From: a virus
Taxonomy: Duplodnaviria > Caudoviricetes
DNA length: 32,067 nt
IMG/VR virus record: IMGVR_UViG_3300037419_000602
Coordinates: 1 to 32,067 of that record
Strand: one strand, 5' to 3'
Both the position numbers and the translations under genes were made by a program. Positions 1 to 7,776 of this stretch are shown piece by piece. The stretch's first letter is position 1; the number at the start of each line of letters is the position of its first letter. The notes beneath the pieces are model-generated. The model was not told the origin of the DNA, ran no database searches, and saw only the letters and a list, made by a program, of their open reading frames with translations.

Positions 1-1
1 G

Positions 2-364
2 AACGCCGTCGAACGCTTCAAGACGAAGCGTCGGAAGGCAGGACCGCTTCGTTGCGATGCCTGTTCTTGGAAGCCGCCCGCCGCTTTGGTTGGTCGCGGT
101 CGCCGGTCGCTCGATCGAATGCTTCACGGCCATCACGTCATTCCGCTCTCATGCGGTGGTGCCGACGACGAAGCGAACCTCGTTCTGCTCTGCGCGAACT
201 GCCACGGCATCGCGCACCGAATCGGGCGGAAACTCTACGATCTCGACCGGAAGAACTGGATATGGGCGGGGGCAAAAACACCGACGCAACTACTCAAGGA
301 ATTGGCGTGGTTGCTTGGTCCCGCTACCGCTCCCGCTACCGACCAAATATTTGACTTGATATGA
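2..364 (+). CDS. HNH endonuclease, 5'-truncated by window edge
   Basis: The frame of the 86..364 ORF is open back to position 2 and contains CDAC, then HGHHVIPLSCGGADDEANLVLLCANCH, a typical CxxC...HH...N..LC..CH HNH signature. Confidence 0.85.
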   Translation, partial: NAVERFKTKRRKAGPLRCDACSWKPPAALVGRGRRSLDRMLHGHHVIPLSCGGADDEANLVLLCANCHGIAHRIGRKLYDLDRKNWIWAGAKTPTQLLKELAWLLGPATAPATDQIFDLI

Positions 365-559
365 CGCGACCTAAGTCTATGCCAGGAGCGGGACTCGAAC
401 CCGCACTCCCTTACGGGAAAGGGATTTTAAGTCTAAAAGGACCGAACACCAACCGTAGATCCGGCAACAGCTTACGAGAATCCTCATTCTCAGCGTTGTC
501 GCATAGCGTCGCATCGCGTCGCACCATTCCGCGCGATCTCGCTACCGGATTCGCTACCG
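319..559. mobile_element. Phage attachment site attP, tyrosine-integrase type
   Basis: The tRNA core is flanked by tandem CGCTACCG pairs with 12-bp period (322/334 and 540/552). There is a GTCGCA triplet with 10-bp period (498, 508, 518) and an IHF-like CAAnnnnTTA at 465-474. Confidence 0.8.
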
Positions 560-600
560 CTGAAGTCGCGTCGGCGGGTCGTGCGGGGGGTCGACGATGA
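361..600 (+). CDS. Possible small ORF spanning attP; coding status uncertain
   Basis: 79-codon open frame with ATGA overlaps at both ends (361-364 and 597-600). Partly antisense to the tRNA fragment, with no clear SD. Confidence 0.35.
   Translation: MTRPKSMPGAGLEPALPYGKGILSLKGPNTNRRSGNSLRESSFSALSHSVASRRTIPRDLATGFATAEVASAGRAGGRR
380..433 (-). tRNA. 3' portion of tRNA-Leu(TAA), serving as attP common core (not a complete tRNA)
   Basis: The reverse complement reads GA-CTTAAAA-TCCCT (anticodon loop, TAA), a long variable arm TCCCGTAAGGGA, T-arm GCGGG-TTCGAGT-CCCGC and acceptor 3' strand TCCTGGCA. The D-arm and 5' acceptor strand are absent, and the 5' side of the anticodon stem does not pair. 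Confidence 0.9.
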
Positions 601-1013
601 GCGCCCCGCGAACGCTTGAGCGCGCGACCTTGGCGCTGCGGGTTGGCGAGGATGATCGACGCGCTGCGGAGTGCGGCGTGTGGATCTCGTCGGACTATCC
701 GGGCTTGGCGCTGAACGTCTCGACGTACGATGGGAAGCCGTGCCTTGAACTCGGGTGGACCGTCACGCACACCAGAAGCGGTGCCGCGCTCGTCAAGTAC
801 CTGACGCTTCCTCAGGCCCGCGTCGCGATCCGCGAAATTGCCCAACTCTGCGACTGGACGTTGAGTCCCGCAGAGATCCAAGCCCTACCGAACCGCCCCG
901 CGATTGCTCGCGCGCTGAACGAGATTCTCGACCGCTACGCGGCAGGCTATCGCCTCGCACTGAACGTCCAAGATCATTTGGTCGGCGCGGAGCGGGATGG
1001 GGGTCGGCCATGA
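597..1013 (+). CDS. Hypothetical phage protein
   Basis: 138-aa ORF with globular-looking composition, ATGA-coupled to the next gene. Confidence 0.7.
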   Translation: MSAPRTLERATLALRVGEDDRRAAECGVWISSDYPGLALNVSTYDGKPCLELGWTVTHTRSGAALVKYLTLPQARVAIREIAQLCDWTLSPAEIQALPNRPAIARALNEILDRYAAGYRLALNVQDHLVGAERDGGRP

Positions 1014-1498
1014 GCGGCCCAAGAGTCGCGATTGCCGAGCATTGCGCTGCGGTCAACATCGGTCGTAGTCGAGGCTACATCTCGTTCGCTGGCGAAACGT
1101 TGCGGATTCGCGGCGAGAATCCCAAGCACGTCTACGCCTTCGAGCATAGCGAGCGATTCGGGCCAGCGCGGTGTCGGATGAAGTCGGGTGACATCGCGAA
1201 AGATCCGTTCTTCTCGGAGCGCTCGCCGTTCTGGGCGCTGTTCGAGCGGTGGACGCGCGGCGGAAAGTTGGTTGACGCGGACGGCTGGTGCGTGCTCCCG
1301 CCGACGCCGCCGACCGTGCCCTGCCCAGCGTGCGATGCCCGCGGCTGGTACAGGCTTGAAGGCGATCGCCGGAAGCACGTTTGCCCACTCTGCCACTCGG
1401 AAGGCGTCGTGCCTGAAGGGACTTCGCCGCGCATCGTGCTCGCCAAACGCGTTTCGTCTCTCGCCGTCGACGGCGCGGAGAAGCGGGGGGAGACATGA
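1010..1498 (+). CDS. Hypothetical protein with C-terminal DnaJ-like zinc ribbon
   Basis: Start moved to ATG 1010 (ATGA overlap). CPACDARG and CPLCHSEG are two CxxCxxxG motifs. Confidence 0.7.
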   Translation: MSGPRVAIAEHCAAVNIGRSRGYISFAGETLRIRGENPKHVYAFEHSERFGPARCRMKSGDIAKDPFFSERSPFWALFERWTRGGKLVDADGWCVLPPTPPTVPCPACDARGWYRLEGDRRKHVCPLCHSEGVVPEGTSPRIVLAKRVSSLAVDGAEKRGET

Positions 1499-1998
1499 GT
1501 GCCCAACGCTGGTTCCGCTCCTCGCGGTTCGACAAGCGCGCCCTGCCGCTCGCTGACCGGCATTACAACAGACAGAAGGTCGGCTCGCCGCAATTCGTGC
1601 CGCCCGGTCGGTGCGTCGTGCTGCTCACCGCCGATGCGGATGCGCTATGGGTCACATCGTGGCCGTTCGCGCAGTACGTCCGCCATGCGTGGGCCGGGGC
1701 GTGGATGAACTCTCTCTTTCGCAACGAATCGCCCGCGCTGTCGAGCGAGTTGATTCGTGAAGCCGTGGCGGCGACGAAGGCGACGTTCGGCGATCCGCCG
1801 CCGCTCGGGATGGTGACGTTCGTGGATGCGTCCAAGACGCGGCGCAAGCGTGACCCGGGGCGCTGCTACCGCAAAGCGGGGTTTCGATGCGTCGGTGAGA
1901 CGAAGGGCGGACTTGTCGCGTTGCAGCTCCTTCCCGCCGACATGCCCGACGCTGTCGCGCCGCTCGGTGAACTCGATTTCACGCGAGGTGTCGCATGA
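1495..1998 (+). CDS. Putative Mom-like GNAT-fold DNA modification protein
   Basis: Motifs ADRHY, FRNE...SSELI and TFVD...PGRCYRKAGF..VGET resemble the phage Mom-like/GNAT family. SD GGGAG and ATGA overlap. Confidence 0.55.
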   Translation: MSAQRWFRSSRFDKRALPLADRHYNRQKVGSPQFVPPGRCVVLLTADADALWVTSWPFAQYVRHAWAGAWMNSLFRNESPALSSELIREAVAATKATFGDPPPLGMVTFVDASKTRRKRDPGRCYRKAGFRCVGETKGGLVALQLLPADMPDAVAPLGELDFTRGVA

Positions 1999-2456
1999 GT
2001 GAAGTCTGCGCGGGATGCGGGCACTCGCTGGCAAGGCACTTCGTTGACGTGACGGGAGTCGTGCGTTGCCTCGTCAGCGCGTCGGGCGTTTCGGCTCGTG
2101 GAGTGATCGGCATCCCGTGGCGTCGCGATTGCGATTGCGCGGACTACCGATCGAAGGCCGCAGACGACAGCCGCGCCTTAGAAGCGAGAGAGAAAGCCGA
2201 GGAGGATGCGGCGATGGCAGCTTTTACCGCATCCCTTCTCGCAACGATCGCGAAGCAGGAGGCGACGACCGCCGCTCGCTCACTCGACGGGACGGTGACG
2301 CCCACCAAGCCTCTCGGCGCCGCGACCGCCACGGAGGACGCGACCCCATCAGCAAACACTAATTCGGTCGCCACCGAGCCCGCAGGGCGCCCATTAGAGA
2401 ATTCTCATGTCCGCGGGGGCGACCCTGGAGCGGAGAAGGACGGAGCACCGACGTGA
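1995..2456 (+). CDS. Hypothetical protein with Cys/His-rich N-terminus
   Basis: CAGCGH...H...C...CDC motif and a low-complexity C-terminus. SD GAGGT; coupled at both ends. Confidence 0.65.
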   Translation: MSEVCAGCGHSLARHFVDVTGVVRCLVSASGVSARGVIGIPWRRDCDCADYRSKAADDSRALEAREKAEEDAAMAAFTASLLATIAKQEATTAARSLDGTVTPTKPLGAATATEDATPSANTNSVATEPAGRPLENSHVRGGDPGAEKDGAPT

Positions 2457-3574
2457 GCATTGACATTCGCGTCGGCGATTGCCTCGAAGTCCTCCGTACG
2501 CTTGAAGCGGAAAGCGTGCAATGCGTGGTCACGTCGCCGCCGTACTGGGGGCTGCGCGACTACGGAGTCGCCGGTCAAATGGGGCTAGAGAAAACGCCGG
2601 ATGAGTACGTCGAGCGCATGGTCGCGGTGTTTCGCGAAGTACGCCGCGTGTTGAAGCTCGACGGCGTGCTGTGGCTCAACGTCGGCGACTCGTTCGCGAC
2701 TGGCGGCGGTGCGGTCGGTTGCTGTCCTGGCGGCGGCGATCAGGGCGAGCGCTTTCTACGCCAAGGCCACATCAACACACAGCCGAACAGAATGCCACTT
2801 CCCGGGCTCAAGCCCAAAGACTTGATCGGGATCCCGTGGCGGTTGGCGTTCGCGCTTCAGGCGGACGGCTGGTGGCTGCGCTCCGACATCGTATGGGCGA
2901 AGCCAAATGGAATGCCGGAGAGCGTCCGCGACCGTCCAACGCGCTCGCACGAAATGGTGTTTCTGCTCAGCAAGAGCGAGCGCTATTTCTACGATGCTAA
3001 CGCTGCGCGCACGCCGCCGGCACCAACGACGGAAACGCGGCTCGCGCAGAACGTTGAGTCGCAGCAAGGCAGCGAGCGGGCGAACGGCGGAGGAAAGACC
3101 AACGGAACGATGAAGGCCGTTCGTCGCGGCGCGCATGGCAGCACGTTGACGGGCGCACCGCACGGACGCCACTCGCTCGGTGACAACATCCCCGAACGCG
3201 AGCGACGGAGCGACAAGCAGCGCGGACACACTCGACGCCACGACGGCTTTAACGATCGCCGGGACGCGATGGAGAAGGCCGAGCAGCAAGCCGCGGGCTC
3301 CAACTTGCGCTCAGTGTGGTGGCTCGCGCCCGCGCAATTCCGCGAGGGCCACTTCGCAACGATGCCGCCCGCGCTCGCGGAAATCTGCATCGTCGCCGGA
3401 TCGCGCGTCGGTGACACGATTCTCGATCCATTCGGTGGCGCCGGAACGACGGGGCTCGTGGCTGACCGCCTCTCCCGCAATGCGCTTCTGATTGAGCTGA
3501 ATCCCGCCTACGCCGCAATGGCTCGCGAGCGGATCACGAACGACAACCCGCTTTTCAATCCGGTGGTCGCATGA
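2453..3574 (+). CDS. DNA methyltransferase, N6_N4_Mtase family, beta class, probably m4C
   Basis: GDC near the N-terminus, catalytic TSPPY, W.KPN.MPES..DR, HFATMP, and a C-terminal SAM-binding DPFGGAGTTG...IELNP.Y. Confidence 0.95.
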   Translation: MSIDIRVGDCLEVLRTLEAESVQCVVTSPPYWGLRDYGVAGQMGLEKTPDEYVERMVAVFREVRRVLKLDGVLWLNVGDSFATGGGAVGCCPGGGDQGERFLRQGHINTQPNRMPLPGLKPKDLIGIPWRLAFALQADGWWLRSDIVWAKPNGMPESVRDRPTRSHEMVFLLSKSERYFYDANAARTPPAPTTETRLAQNVESQQGSERANGGGKTNGTMKAVRRGAHGSTLTGAPHGRHSLGDNIPERERRSDKQRGHTRRHDGFNDRRDAMEKAEQQAAGSNLRSVWWLAPAQFREGHFATMPPALAEICIVAGSRVGDTILDPFGGAGTTGLVADRLSRNALLIELNPAYAAMARERITNDNPLFNPVVA

Positions 3575-3972
3575 GTAAACGCTCAAGCCATCCCCATGCG
3601 GACGAACGCGTTGCGTCCTCGGCGGCGTCGCTCCCGCTCTGGACCGGAGCGCCGGAGATCCGGACGCCGGCCCCGGTTGCGCCTGGCAGTGAGACAAGCG
3701 CTCTCGCCGCTGAGAAAGTCGACACGCAGGCCGAGTTGCGGAAAGTCCTGCTCTGGTTCGCGGCACAGAGTGAGGCGCGGACGCGACACGAGTGCGCCGA
3801 TGCGCTGTATTCGCACCTGGGCAGCGGAGCGGTTGGGCCGGCATGCGCTCGGATCAACGAACTCGTGACGTTCGGGTGCTTGGAGGAAGTCGGTCGACAA
3901 GGTAAACGGGCCACGTTGGCGATTACTGGACGCGGGTTAGCGAAGGCGAATTGCCTCGCACGCGTCGCGTGA
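3571..3972 (+). CDS. Hypothetical protein, possible winged helix-turn-helix
   Basis: TRHECADAL...ARINELVTFGCLEEVG matches the wHTH pattern of small phage DNA-binding proteins. Confidence 0.6.
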   Translation: MSKRSSHPHADERVASSAASLPLWTGAPEIRTPAPVAPGSETSALAAEKVDTQAELRKVLLWFAAQSEARTRHECADALYSHLGSGAVGPACARINELVTFGCLEEVGRQGKRATLAITGRGLAKANCLARVA

Positions 3973-4024
3973 TCATGTCAAGCGATGCGTCCACGCAACG
4001 CCCATCTCAGAATTCTCGCGCGGC

Positions 4025-4076
4025 TATAGGCGATTGCCAGTCACGTGGTTATACTGAGTACTCTCTAAATGAGTAA
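4025..4076 (+). promoter_or_regulatory. Probable promoter upstream of the replication genes
   Basis: AT-rich intergenic gap with TATACT at 4051-4056 and TGAGTA repeated at 4056 and 4070. No correctly spaced -35. Confidence 0.4.
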
Positions 4077-4673
4077 ATGCTAACGATGGGTATCAAGCGC
4101 TCGATTGCCACCGAATACAACAATATCCTGTTTCGCTCGAAACTCGAGGCGGATTGGGCGCGAGCGTTCGACACGCTCGGCATCGAATGGCAGTACGAGC
4201 CGAAGGGGCAGTTCTTCGGCGACGTGTTCTATCTCGTCGACTTCTATCTGCCGAAGTCGCGGCAATGGGTCGAAGTCAAAGGCGTCTTCGAGCCGAGCGA
4301 TGTCCGCAAGGTCGTCTCACTCCTGGCCGCAATCCCGAAGCGTCCGTTCACCGATGACGAGTGCCCGGACATCGCGCTCGTCGCATGCGAGCCGCGTGGC
4401 GTGTTCCGCGGCTGGGTGCGCGGGGCGTGCTCGCCGGACGCGAATCTCCTCGAGATGTCGATCGCCGCGTGTCGCAACCTCCGCTTGTTCGCGTGCGCGG
4501 TCTGCGCGGGCTTCTGGTTCGCGGACGATTCCTTGTCGTGGCAGTGCCAGTGCTGCGGCTACGAGAAAGGCAACGGGCATATCGTCGTCGATGTCGGCTC
4601 GCCGTTGCCAGAGTTTCCGGATCTCACCGCCGTTCGCGGCTTGGCCTTCAACGATCTCCAGTGGCACACTTGA
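4077..4673 (+). CDS. PD-(D/E)XK restriction-like nuclease
   Basis: FRSKLEADWA..FD.LGI.W.YEP...YLVDFYLP....VEVKG, plus C-terminal CxxC pairs. Confidence 0.85.
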   Translation: MLTMGIKRSIATEYNNILFRSKLEADWARAFDTLGIEWQYEPKGQFFGDVFYLVDFYLPKSRQWVEVKGVFEPSDVRKVVSLLAAIPKRPFTDDECPDIALVACEPRGVFRGWVRGACSPDANLLEMSIAACRNLRLFACAVCAGFWFADDSLSWQCQCCGYEKGNGHIVVDVGSPLPEFPDLTAVRGLAFNDLQWHT

Positions 4674-4676
4674 CGC

Positions 4677-6428
4677 ATGGCGCACCCGCTTCCACCCTCG
4701 CCGGTGCAGCTCGTCCTCTCTCGTCTCAAGGACGTGAAGAAGATCAGCGGCCAGTGGAAAGCATTGTGCCCCGCGCACGACGACAAGCAGGCGTCCCTTG
4801 CCATCAAAGTCGGCAAGGATGACCGCGCCATGCTTCATTGTCACGCCGGCTGCTCCGTGCAATCCATTGTCGCGGCGATGGGCCTCGCGATGACCGATCT
4901 CTTTGTCGGTGGTGTGCCGCCACGCCTCGGGCTCGCGACGACCGCACCAGCACAGGGGGTGAAGGAACGGCCCCGTCTCGTGAAGTCCTACGACTACACC
5001 GACGTGGATGGCAGGCTGTTGTATCAGTCGTTGCGCTACGAGCCCAAAGACTTTCGTCAGCGTCGGAAGGACACCTCGGGCGAGTGGGTGTGGAATCTCA
5101 ACGGTATTTCGCCGGTGCTGTACAACCTTCCCGACGTGCTCGAAGCCGTCGCGGCCGAACGGCGCATCTTCATTGTTGAGGGCGAGAAGGACGCGGACGC
5201 ACTGCGCGAACTCGGGTTTGTCGCGACGACGAACGCGATGGGCGCGGGCAAATGGCGCGAGTCGTACAGCGATTTCCTCGAAGGCGCCGATGTCGTCATC
5301 CTCCCAGACAACGACGACGCGGGTCGCTCGCACGCCGAACAAGTGGCGTCATCGCTCTTTGCGCGCCAGGCGACGGTCAAGGTGGTGCAACTCCCTGGTG
5401 TGCCTGAGAAAGGTGACGTCAGCGATTGGTTGTCCGCCGGTGGCAATGTCGACGACCTCGAAACGCTGATCGGGAAAACGCCGCGGTGGGTGCCCGACCC
5501 ATCGAAGCGCACACGATGGCGCTTGGATGAGGTGTGGGAGAACGACGAGATGATGGCCCCGCCGCCTCCGGTGGTTCCCTATCTCGCCTGGGCGTCGCGA
5601 TCGACGCTGCTTGCGGCTCGCGAGAAGTCGGGCAAGTCGACGCTGACGGGCTATATGGCCGCGCAGGTGTCACGCGGTGGCGAGTTCCTTGGGGAGCCCT
5701 GCCAGCGTGGGCATGTGCTCATCATTGGGCTCGAGGAGTTCATCGGCGACACCGCGCGCCGGCTCCGGTTGTTCGGCGCGAATGGCAAAATGATTTCGTT
5801 GGTGGATCGCTTCATGAGCGACCCGGCGAATCGGCTCGAGGAGCTCACCGCTCATATCGAAGCCGTCCGACCGGCCCTCGTGATTGTCGATAGTCTCGTC
5901 GCGTACTCGCAGGGCCTGATCAGCGACGCGAACAACTCGACGCAGACACAGAATGTCGTGCAAGGGCTCACGAATCTCTGTCACCGGTTGGGCTGTGCCC
6001 TCGTCATCATCCATCACGCTCGCAAAGCGGATGGAAAGTACCGCGACTCGTCGGCCATTGGTGGTGCGGTCGACATCATCGCAGAAGTGTTTCCGCCTGA
6101 GGAGAACACCGACCCGACGCGACGGCGTGTCCGTCCGATCGGCCGTGTCCCTGCGCGCGGTGTGGATTTCCGATTCGACGGCCATGACTACCACATCATC
6201 GACCCGTCCGGAATCACGAAGGCCCCGCTCGACCAGCGCATTCTCAACGTGATTGGGGAGCGCCCTGGGATCTCGAGCAACGATGTGGTGGACGCGGTTC
6301 GCGACCATCGGAGAGCTGTACTCGACAGCCTGAAAACAATGGAAACGAACCGGCTGATCCTGAACGATGGGACGTCGCAATGGGCCAAATGGCGGCTCGC
6401 GACGTTCCCAAAACGGGGGCCAATATGA
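4677..6428 (+). CDS. Bifunctional DNA primase-helicase (Zn finger + TOPRIM + RepA/AAA_25 helicase)
   Basis: Zinc finger CPAHDD...CHAGC; TOPRIM VEGEKDAD and PDNDDAG; Walker A AAREKSGKST; Walker B LVIVDS; motif IIHHARK. Confidence 0.92.
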   Translation: MAHPLPPSPVQLVLSRLKDVKKISGQWKALCPAHDDKQASLAIKVGKDDRAMLHCHAGCSVQSIVAAMGLAMTDLFVGGVPPRLGLATTAPAQGVKERPRLVKSYDYTDVDGRLLYQSLRYEPKDFRQRRKDTSGEWVWNLNGISPVLYNLPDVLEAVAAERRIFIVEGEKDADALRELGFVATTNAMGAGKWRESYSDFLEGADVVILPDNDDAGRSHAEQVASSLFARQATVKVVQLPGVPEKGDVSDWLSAGGNVDDLETLIGKTPRWVPDPSKRTRWRLDEVWENDEMMAPPPPVVPYLAWASRSTLLAAREKSGKSTLTGYMAAQVSRGGEFLGEPCQRGHVLIIGLEEFIGDTARRLRLFGANGKMISLVDRFMSDPANRLEELTAHIEAVRPALVIVDSLVAYSQGLISDANNSTQTQNVVQGLTNLCHRLGCALVIIHHARKADGKYRDSSAIGGAVDIIAEVFPPEENTDPTRRRVRPIGRVPARGVDFRFDGHDYHIIDPSGITKAPLDQRILNVIGERPGISSNDVVDAVRDHRRAVLDSLKTMETNRLILNDGTSQWAKWRLATFPKRGPI

Positions 6429-6447
6429 CTTGGCGTACCCAAGCGTG

Positions 6448-6578
6448 TAAGTCGTTGCAGTATCACGCCGGAACCACTTGGAACCACCGTTGGAACCACT
6501 TGTCGAAAAAAGTGGTTCCAGGCTCCTCACACACCCTGAAAGGGTGTGAGGGCCAGAACCAGTTTTGGAAATGGAACT
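6448..6578. repeat. Iteron-like repeats and hairpin, putative replication origin
   Basis: GGAACCAC at 6470, 6480 and 6492 with an inverted copy GTGGTTCC at 6512. Perfect hairpin CACACCCT-GAA-AGGGTGTG at 6530-6548. IHF-like TAAGTCGTTG at 6448. Lies directly after the primase-helicase gene. Confidence 0.6.
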
Positions 6579-6584
6579 AGTCGC

Positions 6585-6995
6585 GTGCTCAAGCGCTCCG
6601 GTCCGATGGCTCGCAAGACGCCGCTCGCCCGCGGGGGACGACTCAAACCCAACGCGAAGCGCGCGAAGGCGACGAAAGAGAAAGCCTCCGGTTCGCTCGA
6701 GCGCCGCAAGTTCGTCGCGTCATTGCCATGCGCTGCGTGTGGCATCGTTGGGTATTCGCAGGGCGCGCATGTGCTCGGGACGCGCGGTATGGGCATCAAG
6801 AAGGGACCGGAGACGATTGCACCGCTCTGCGGGCCGCGACCGACGTCGCTCGGCACACTGTACCGCGGATGCCACAATTGGTTCGATACGGATCGTGGCG
6901 GGTTCTACGTCGAGTGGCCGAACTTCCACCCCGAATTCGCGGCGGCGGCGTGCGAGGCCGCGTGGCAGGATCACCTTTTACGGAGCAACGCATGA
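6585..6995 (+). CDS. DUF968/HNH-like zinc-binding nuclease (start uncertain: 6546, 6585 or 6606)
   Basis: Basic N-terminus RKTPL, then FVASLPCAACG...AHVLG.RGMGIK...APLC...CH. Confidence 0.7.
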   Translation: MLKRSGPMARKTPLARGGRLKPNAKRAKATKEKASGSLERRKFVASLPCAACGIVGYSQGAHVLGTRGMGIKKGPETIAPLCGPRPTSLGTLYRGCHNWFDTDRGGFYVEWPNFHPEFAAAACEAAWQDHLLRSNA

Positions 6996-7435
6996 GCGAC
7001 GAAAGAGAAGTGTTGTTCCACGCCGACCGGAAAGACTTTCGCATCGACACCTATCGCGGAACGGGACCGGGCGGGCAGCATCGGAACAAGACGGACAGTT
7101 GCGTGCGAATCACGCACATCGAAAGCGGACTGTCGGCGGAATGCTGCGAATCGCGAAGCCAGCATCAGAATCGCGGCACGGCCTTCCGTCGCCTCGCCGC
7201 AAAGCTCGTCGAGCACTACGTGCCGAAGCGGCGCAAAGAACGCAACGCGAGCGGGACGATCATCATTCGCACGTATCACGCGGTGGACAATCGCGTCAAA
7301 GATCACGCGAGCGGATTGCAGCAGTCGTACCAAACGGTCCTGGACGATCCAGCCGACATGATCGCCGCGCGTGCTGCTTGCTCGCAGGAACAACAGGCGT
7401 GCGGCTCATCGGGTCGCCTCGCATCTCACGCATAG
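6992..7435 (+). CDS. Truncated peptide chain release factor-like protein (RF-1 GGQ domain)
   Basis: RIDTYRGTGPGGQHRNKTDSCVRITH..SG......SRSQHQNR..A...L, then IRTYH..DNRVKDH. Start at ATG 6992 (SD GGAG, ATGA overlap), 147 aa. Confidence 0.9.
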   Translation: MSDEREVLFHADRKDFRIDTYRGTGPGGQHRNKTDSCVRITHIESGLSAECCESRSQHQNRGTAFRRLAAKLVEHYVPKRRKERNASGTIIIRTYHAVDNRVKDHASGLQQSYQTVLDDPADMIAARAACSQEQQACGSSGRLASHA

Positions 7436-7470
7436 CATTTAGTGCGGTCCCCTCACCGGAAGACAGAACG

Positions 7471-7776
7471 ATGAGCGACAACAGGACGTTTGAGTATTTG
7501 TTAAATCGCGTTGAGCGCGCCGCCGCGAGCGACGATCCCGCCGCGAACAGATACGGGATGCATCGCAAGGCGCTGTTTGCGTATGTGGCTGCCTTGCAAT
7601 CGCTCGCGAACGGGCAAGATGCACTCCTCGTCGCCTATCGGACTGGCGCTCGGCGGACGCCAGGGGCAGCACTCGACAAGATCCGCAGGGCGCGCGAGGT
7701 CATTCAAGCATCTGAAGCGTCCTGCCGTGAACCTGCCGCCGCGCTCACTTCCCAGCCAGGAGACTCGACCCGATGA
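7471..7776 (+). CDS. Hypothetical protein
   Basis: C-terminal part of the 6565..7776 ORF from ATG 7471 (MSDNRTF); helical and coupled to the next gene. Confidence 0.7.
   Translation: MSDNRTFEYLLNRVERAAASDDPAANRYGMHRKALFAYVAALQSLANGQDALLVAYRTGARRTPGAALDKIRRAREVIQASEASCREPAAALTSQPGDSTR

Noticed and set aside
380-470. Complete phage tRNA-Leu gene
   Set aside because: There is no D-arm or matching 5' acceptor strand, and the anticodon stem is unpaired on its 5' side. It fits an attP core instead.
6470-6520. CRISPR array
   Set aside because: The repeats are 8 bp with 2-4 nt spacers, and there are no cas genes.
6565-7470. 403-aa and 235-aa ORFs as called in the track
   Set aside because: Their N-terminal parts overlap better-supported genes in other frames; the likely starts are 7471 and 6992.
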